From Vicinamibacteria bacterium (GTDB lineage Bacteria; Acidobacteriota; Vicinamibacteria; Marinacidobacterales; Marinacidobacteraceae), in contig CBDATA010000001.1 of NCBI GenBank assembly GCA_965199715.1, positions 244,412 through 308,411 of the forward strand: DNA of 64,000 nt, written 5' to 3'. The notes below the pieces were generated by a model. The model worked only from the letters and a program-made list of their open reading frames with translations, had not been told where the DNA came from and made no database searches. A program made the position numbers and the translations under genes. Shown here piece after piece: positions 60,790-64,000 of this stretch. How positions within the stretch are numbered: position 1 is the stretch's first letter; each line of letters begins with the position of its first letter.

Positions 60790-61866
60790 CTACCGGCGGG
60801 CCGCCGCGGTCAGGAACACGCGCGCGCCGTCAACCGCCGCGACGAGGCGATCCCCGGGCGCGAGGCCCGCCGCCGCCACGACGCTCGCGGGCAAGGTCAC
60901 CTGGTTTCCGGCGCGAAGCCTCGTGACGCGCATCGCCGCCGCCTTTCGCCGATCAAGCGGTCGGATTGTACGGCCCGCGGTCCGCGAGGGAGCGGTTCCG
61001 GCGAGAAGCGCGGACACCGCGCTTCCCACGCGCTCCGCCGCCGCCTCGACCTCCTTGTCGCTCACGTGCGCGTAGCGCATGGTCATCCGGGGCTGGGCGT
61101 GCCCGAGCAGGCGCGAGACGACCGGCAGCGGCACGTCGTTCATGACCGCGTGGCTCGCGAACGTGTGGCGGAGGTCGTGGAGGCGAACGTCCGGGATTCC
61201 CGCCGTTCGCCTCACCTTCCGCCACAGCGAGAGTTCGGCGGCGCGGGGACGGGTGGGGTCCGAGAGCGACGGGAACGCGAACTCGCTTCCGGTCCGCGGC
61301 TGCCGCGCGAGGATCGACCGCGCCCGGGCGTTCAGGACGACCGTGCGCGGGCCGGTCTTGGCGTCGGCGAGGCGGAGGGAGTCCTCCCCGACCTCGGACC
61401 AGCGCAACCCGACGATCTCGCCCTTCCGGCAGCCGGTCAGCAGGAGCAACCGGATGATCTCGGCCTGCTGCCGCCCCGAGCCGCGTCCCCGGTGCGCGTC
61501 CAGCGCGGCGAAGAGACGCCGGATCTCGTCCCGCGACAGGAAGCGGGTGAGCCTCGGGCGCGGGTTGGGCCGCACGCCCCGGGTCGGGTTCTTCCCGACG
61601 TGGCCGCAGGCGACGGCGTGGTTGAAGATCTGGCGCAGCACGTCGAGCGTCCGGTTCGCGCCCGCCGGGGCGGTCGCCCCGTAGCGGTCGAACCACCGCA
61701 GGACGTCGCGGCGGCGGACGCGGTCCAGCCGCCGCTTCCCGAACGCCGGCAGCAGCTGGGTCCGCAGCGCGCTGTCCATCCGGACGCGAGTGGAGGGCTT
61801 GCAGCGCTCGTAGCACGCCGCTCTCCATTCCGTCTCCACGAAGCGTCCGAACGCGGGCGCGGTCAA
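60790..61866 (-). CDS. Tyrosine recombinase with in-frame C-terminal AbrB/MazE-like domain
   Basis: TGCRKGE, KTG, HDLRH, LGH and RYAH catalytic motifs; tail [27 protein letters not shown] at 60790-60933. Confidence 0.88.
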   Translation of the reverse strand: MTAPAFGRFVETEWRAACYERCKPSTRVRMDSALRTQLLPAFGKRRLDRVRRRDVLRWFDRYGATAPAGANRTLDVLRQIFNHAVACGHVGKNPTRGVRPNPRPRLTRFLSRDEIRRLFAALDAHRGRGSGRQQAEIIRLLLLTGCRKGEIVGLRWSEVGEDSLRLADAKTGPRTVVLNARARSILARQPRTGSEFAFPSLSDPTRPRAAELSLWRKVRRTAGIPDVRLHDLRHTFASHAVMNDVPLPVVSRLLGHAQPRMTMRYAHVSDKEVEAAAERVGSAVSALLAGTAPSRTAGRTIRPLDRRKAAAMRVTRLRAGNQVTLPASVVAAAGLAPGDRLVAAVDGARVFLTAAARR

Positions 61867-62744
61867 GACCGCGGGTCGAGCGCGGCTCCGACGGCCTCGG
61901 CCGCGTCGCGGATCATCGGGTCGGCGACGTGGGCGTAGCGGAGCGTCGTCGAGGGCTCGAGGTGCCCCAGCAGCCGCCCGATGGTCAGCAGCGTCTCGCC
62001 CCGGCGCAGCGCGAGGCTCGCGAAGCTGTGGCGCAGGTCATGGAGGCGGAGGTCGGGAAGGCCCGCCTCGTCCCGGACTGCCCGCCAGCAGCGGTAGAGG
62101 GTCTCGTCGGCCATCGCGCCGGCGCCGCCCGGAGCGGGGAACGCCCAGTCCGCGGTTCGCGGCACGGCCTCCAGCAGCGACCGCGCCTCGGAACAAAGCC
62201 AGACGGCGCGCGGCCCGACCTTGCCGTCGCGAAGATGCAAGTGCCCTTCCCGGAGCTCCGACCAGCGCAGGGTTCGGATCTCGCCCTGCCGGCAGCCGGT
62301 CAGCGCCAGCAGGCGAATGACCGCGACCGGAAGCGGCGCGACGTCCCGTGAGCGGTCGAGCGCCATCCCGAGCCGCCGGAACTCCGCGTCGGTCAGGAAC
62401 CGGGACCGCCCGCGCTCGCGGAACCGCTTCAGCCCGACGCAGGGGTTGCTGTCCTCCGCGCGGTGGCCGTAGAGCTCCGCCTGCCGGAGGATCACCGACA
62501 GGATGGGAAGCGACCGATTCGCCGCCGCCGGCGTGTCCCGAAGTCCCGCGAACCAGCGCTCGACCTCGCCGCGGTCGATGTCGGCGACGGGGCGATCCCG
62601 GAACCACGGCAGGATCCGGCAGCGCAGGTACGCCCGGTTCACCTTGGCGGTGCGGGGCTTCCAGCGGGAGCCGTATCGACGGAAGACCTCCTCGGCGACG
62701 GCCTCGAAGAGGGGGCTGCGGGGTCTGGTACGGTTCGCCGGCAT
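61863..62744 (-). CDS. Tyrosine recombinase (phage integrase family)
   Basis: TGCRQGE, DGKVG, HDLRH, LGH and RYAH motifs. The start is uncertain (ATG at 62744 or 62834). Confidence 0.88.
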   Translation of the reverse strand: MPANRTRPRSPLFEAVAEEVFRRYGSRWKPRTAKVNRAYLRCRILPWFRDRPVADIDRGEVERWFAGLRDTPAAANRSLPILSVILRQAELYGHRAEDSNPCVGLKRFRERGRSRFLTDAEFRRLGMALDRSRDVAPLPVAVIRLLALTGCRQGEIRTLRWSELREGHLHLRDGKVGPRAVWLCSEARSLLEAVPRTADWAFPAPGGAGAMADETLYRCWRAVRDEAGLPDLRLHDLRHSFASLALRRGETLLTIGRLLGHLEPSTTLRYAHVADPMIRDAAEAVGAALDPRS

Positions 62745-62913
62745 GAGAGCGGGAGCGATCTTGCGCCGCACTCCGATGCGGGTTCGGGGGCGCCGCCGTC
62801 GGGGCGGACGTCCAAACCGCCGGTGTTGATGCAAGGCGAGGGCGCGGCGGCTCGAAATTCGCTCACGGGGACACCCCCTGCCGAAGCGGAGTCCAGCCGG
62901 GGGACGTCCGCTC

Positions 62914-64000
62914 GTGTCTGAGCTTCGAGCACTTCTCGAACAGATTCGGCGTGGTATTGCGGACGACGCCTAACCCAACGAGAGCGCGGTTGGCCACCAA
63001 GTCGTAGTTCCGGTGCTGCGCACGCTCGGATGGAACGTGGAGAGCCCGTCCTTCGTGCGCCATGAGTTTCTGCTGAGGCTAAAGGACACGACGCGAAGAG
63101 TGGATTTGGCGCTTTGCGTATCCGGCGATAACCCACGTTGCATCATAGAGTTGAAAGCAACCGGGAAAGCGCTGAACGCCGCCCGCGGTCCAAGCGCGGA
63201 ACATCAAGTGTTCGAGTACGCGTTCTTCGCAGGTGCGCAATTGGCGGTCTTGACGAACGGAGCCGAATGGCGCCTCTACTCTGCGCAGAGCTTCGGCCGT
63301 ATTGAGGAGCGGCTCGTATGGGCGGTCAACGTCTCCAATGACTCGCCGGACGTCGTCGCGAGCGGCTTCGAGCGCTACCTCTCCTTCGCCAATGTCGCGT
63401 CTGGAGACGCCGCGGATTTCGCCAGAAGGGATCTGCGGGTGCGGCGTGACCAACAGGAGGCGAGACAGTCGATTCCGGACGCTTGGGATCAGCTCTGCCA
63501 CGGCGACGCAAGCGATGTCTTGGTGGATCTCGTGAGGGAGGCGACGTCCGCGCTCGCCCAAGGCGAGCCCCGACGGGAGGACGTCGTCGCCTTTCTGCAC
63601 GGGTTGACGCAACGCCCGGCGCGTCGCAAGGTTCGGAAGCCGAAGCCCGAGCCGGGCGCGCCGCGAGAGCCGCGACCCGAATGCGAGGAGAGGCGTCTCG
63701 GAGGCGGTTCAGGTTCGGTCCGTTACTCGCTCTTGGGCGAGGAACGCCGGGCCAAGAACTTCACCGATGCGTACGTTGACGCGTTCCGAGCCTTCGCCGG
63801 TCGCGATCCGAGTTTCGTGGATCGAGCGGACCCGAGGCTTCGCGGTCGGAAGAACCGCGTCGTCGCTCGAACGAAGGAGGAGCTGGCGGAGAATTCTCAA
63901 ATGAGGTCCACGGCCAGGGAGTTGCCCGGAGGTTGGTGGCTGCTGACCAAGATGAGTAGCAAGCAGAAACAGCGAGTCCTTCGAACGGCGTGCGGGACAG
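62914..64000 (+). pseudogene. HsdR-N-like PD-(D/E)XK endonuclease with putative SeqA/RAMA-like C-terminus; in-frame TAA at 62971; runs off the window
   Basis: Hand translation: VSELRALLEQIRRGIADDA*PNESAV..VVPVLRTLGW...RVDLAL...IELK...QVFEYAF...LTNGAEWRLY...ELPGGWWLLTKMS. Confidence 0.75.

Noticed and set aside
60790-62834. Recombinases as XerC/XerD or an integron integrase
   Set aside because: The sequence resembles phage-type integrases; no IntI-specific insertion or attC-like cassette array was recognised.

Overview
Very GC-rich bacterial chromosome segment. An Acidobacteriota-like host is only inferred from gene content. Positions 1-47,097 are mostly densely packed housekeeping and catabolic genes: ppiD-like, moeA/moaC/larE, tatA, nnr/tsaE, a TatT-type TRAP (TPAT) transporter, etfBA, fumC, two glycoside hydrolases, ygfZ, carD-like, xseA/xseB/ispA/nadK, a polar amino-acid ABC transporter, ggt, an amidohydrolase, and BON and EVE proteins. 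From about 47,094 to the window end there is a defence island. It holds a Schlafen/AlbA_2-HATPase plus ParA-like pair and a collapsed DUF433-VapC toxin-antitoxin remnant. It also holds a DUF499/DUF1156 restriction-like (BREX-related) system: an SNF2 helicase-nuclease and a HEPN-DUF499 ATPase with an ABC-ATPase/DUF4276(TOPRIM) module nested between them. The DUF1156 methyltransferase is inverted, truncated and frameshifted, and sits behind two tandem tyrosine recombinases, one with an AbrB-like tail. The island ends with an HsdR-N-like nuclease, interrupted by a stop codon, that the ORF track missed. Other notable features are a tandem two-domain XseB, several apparent pseudo-enzymes, and recurrent -10 boxes 6-7 nt before start codons that suggest leaderless and bidirectional promoters. 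Clusters of single-base indels may be long-read assembly errors rather than biology. No rRNA, tRNA or CRISPR array was recognised. All family assignments come from motif recognition by eye, not from database searches.
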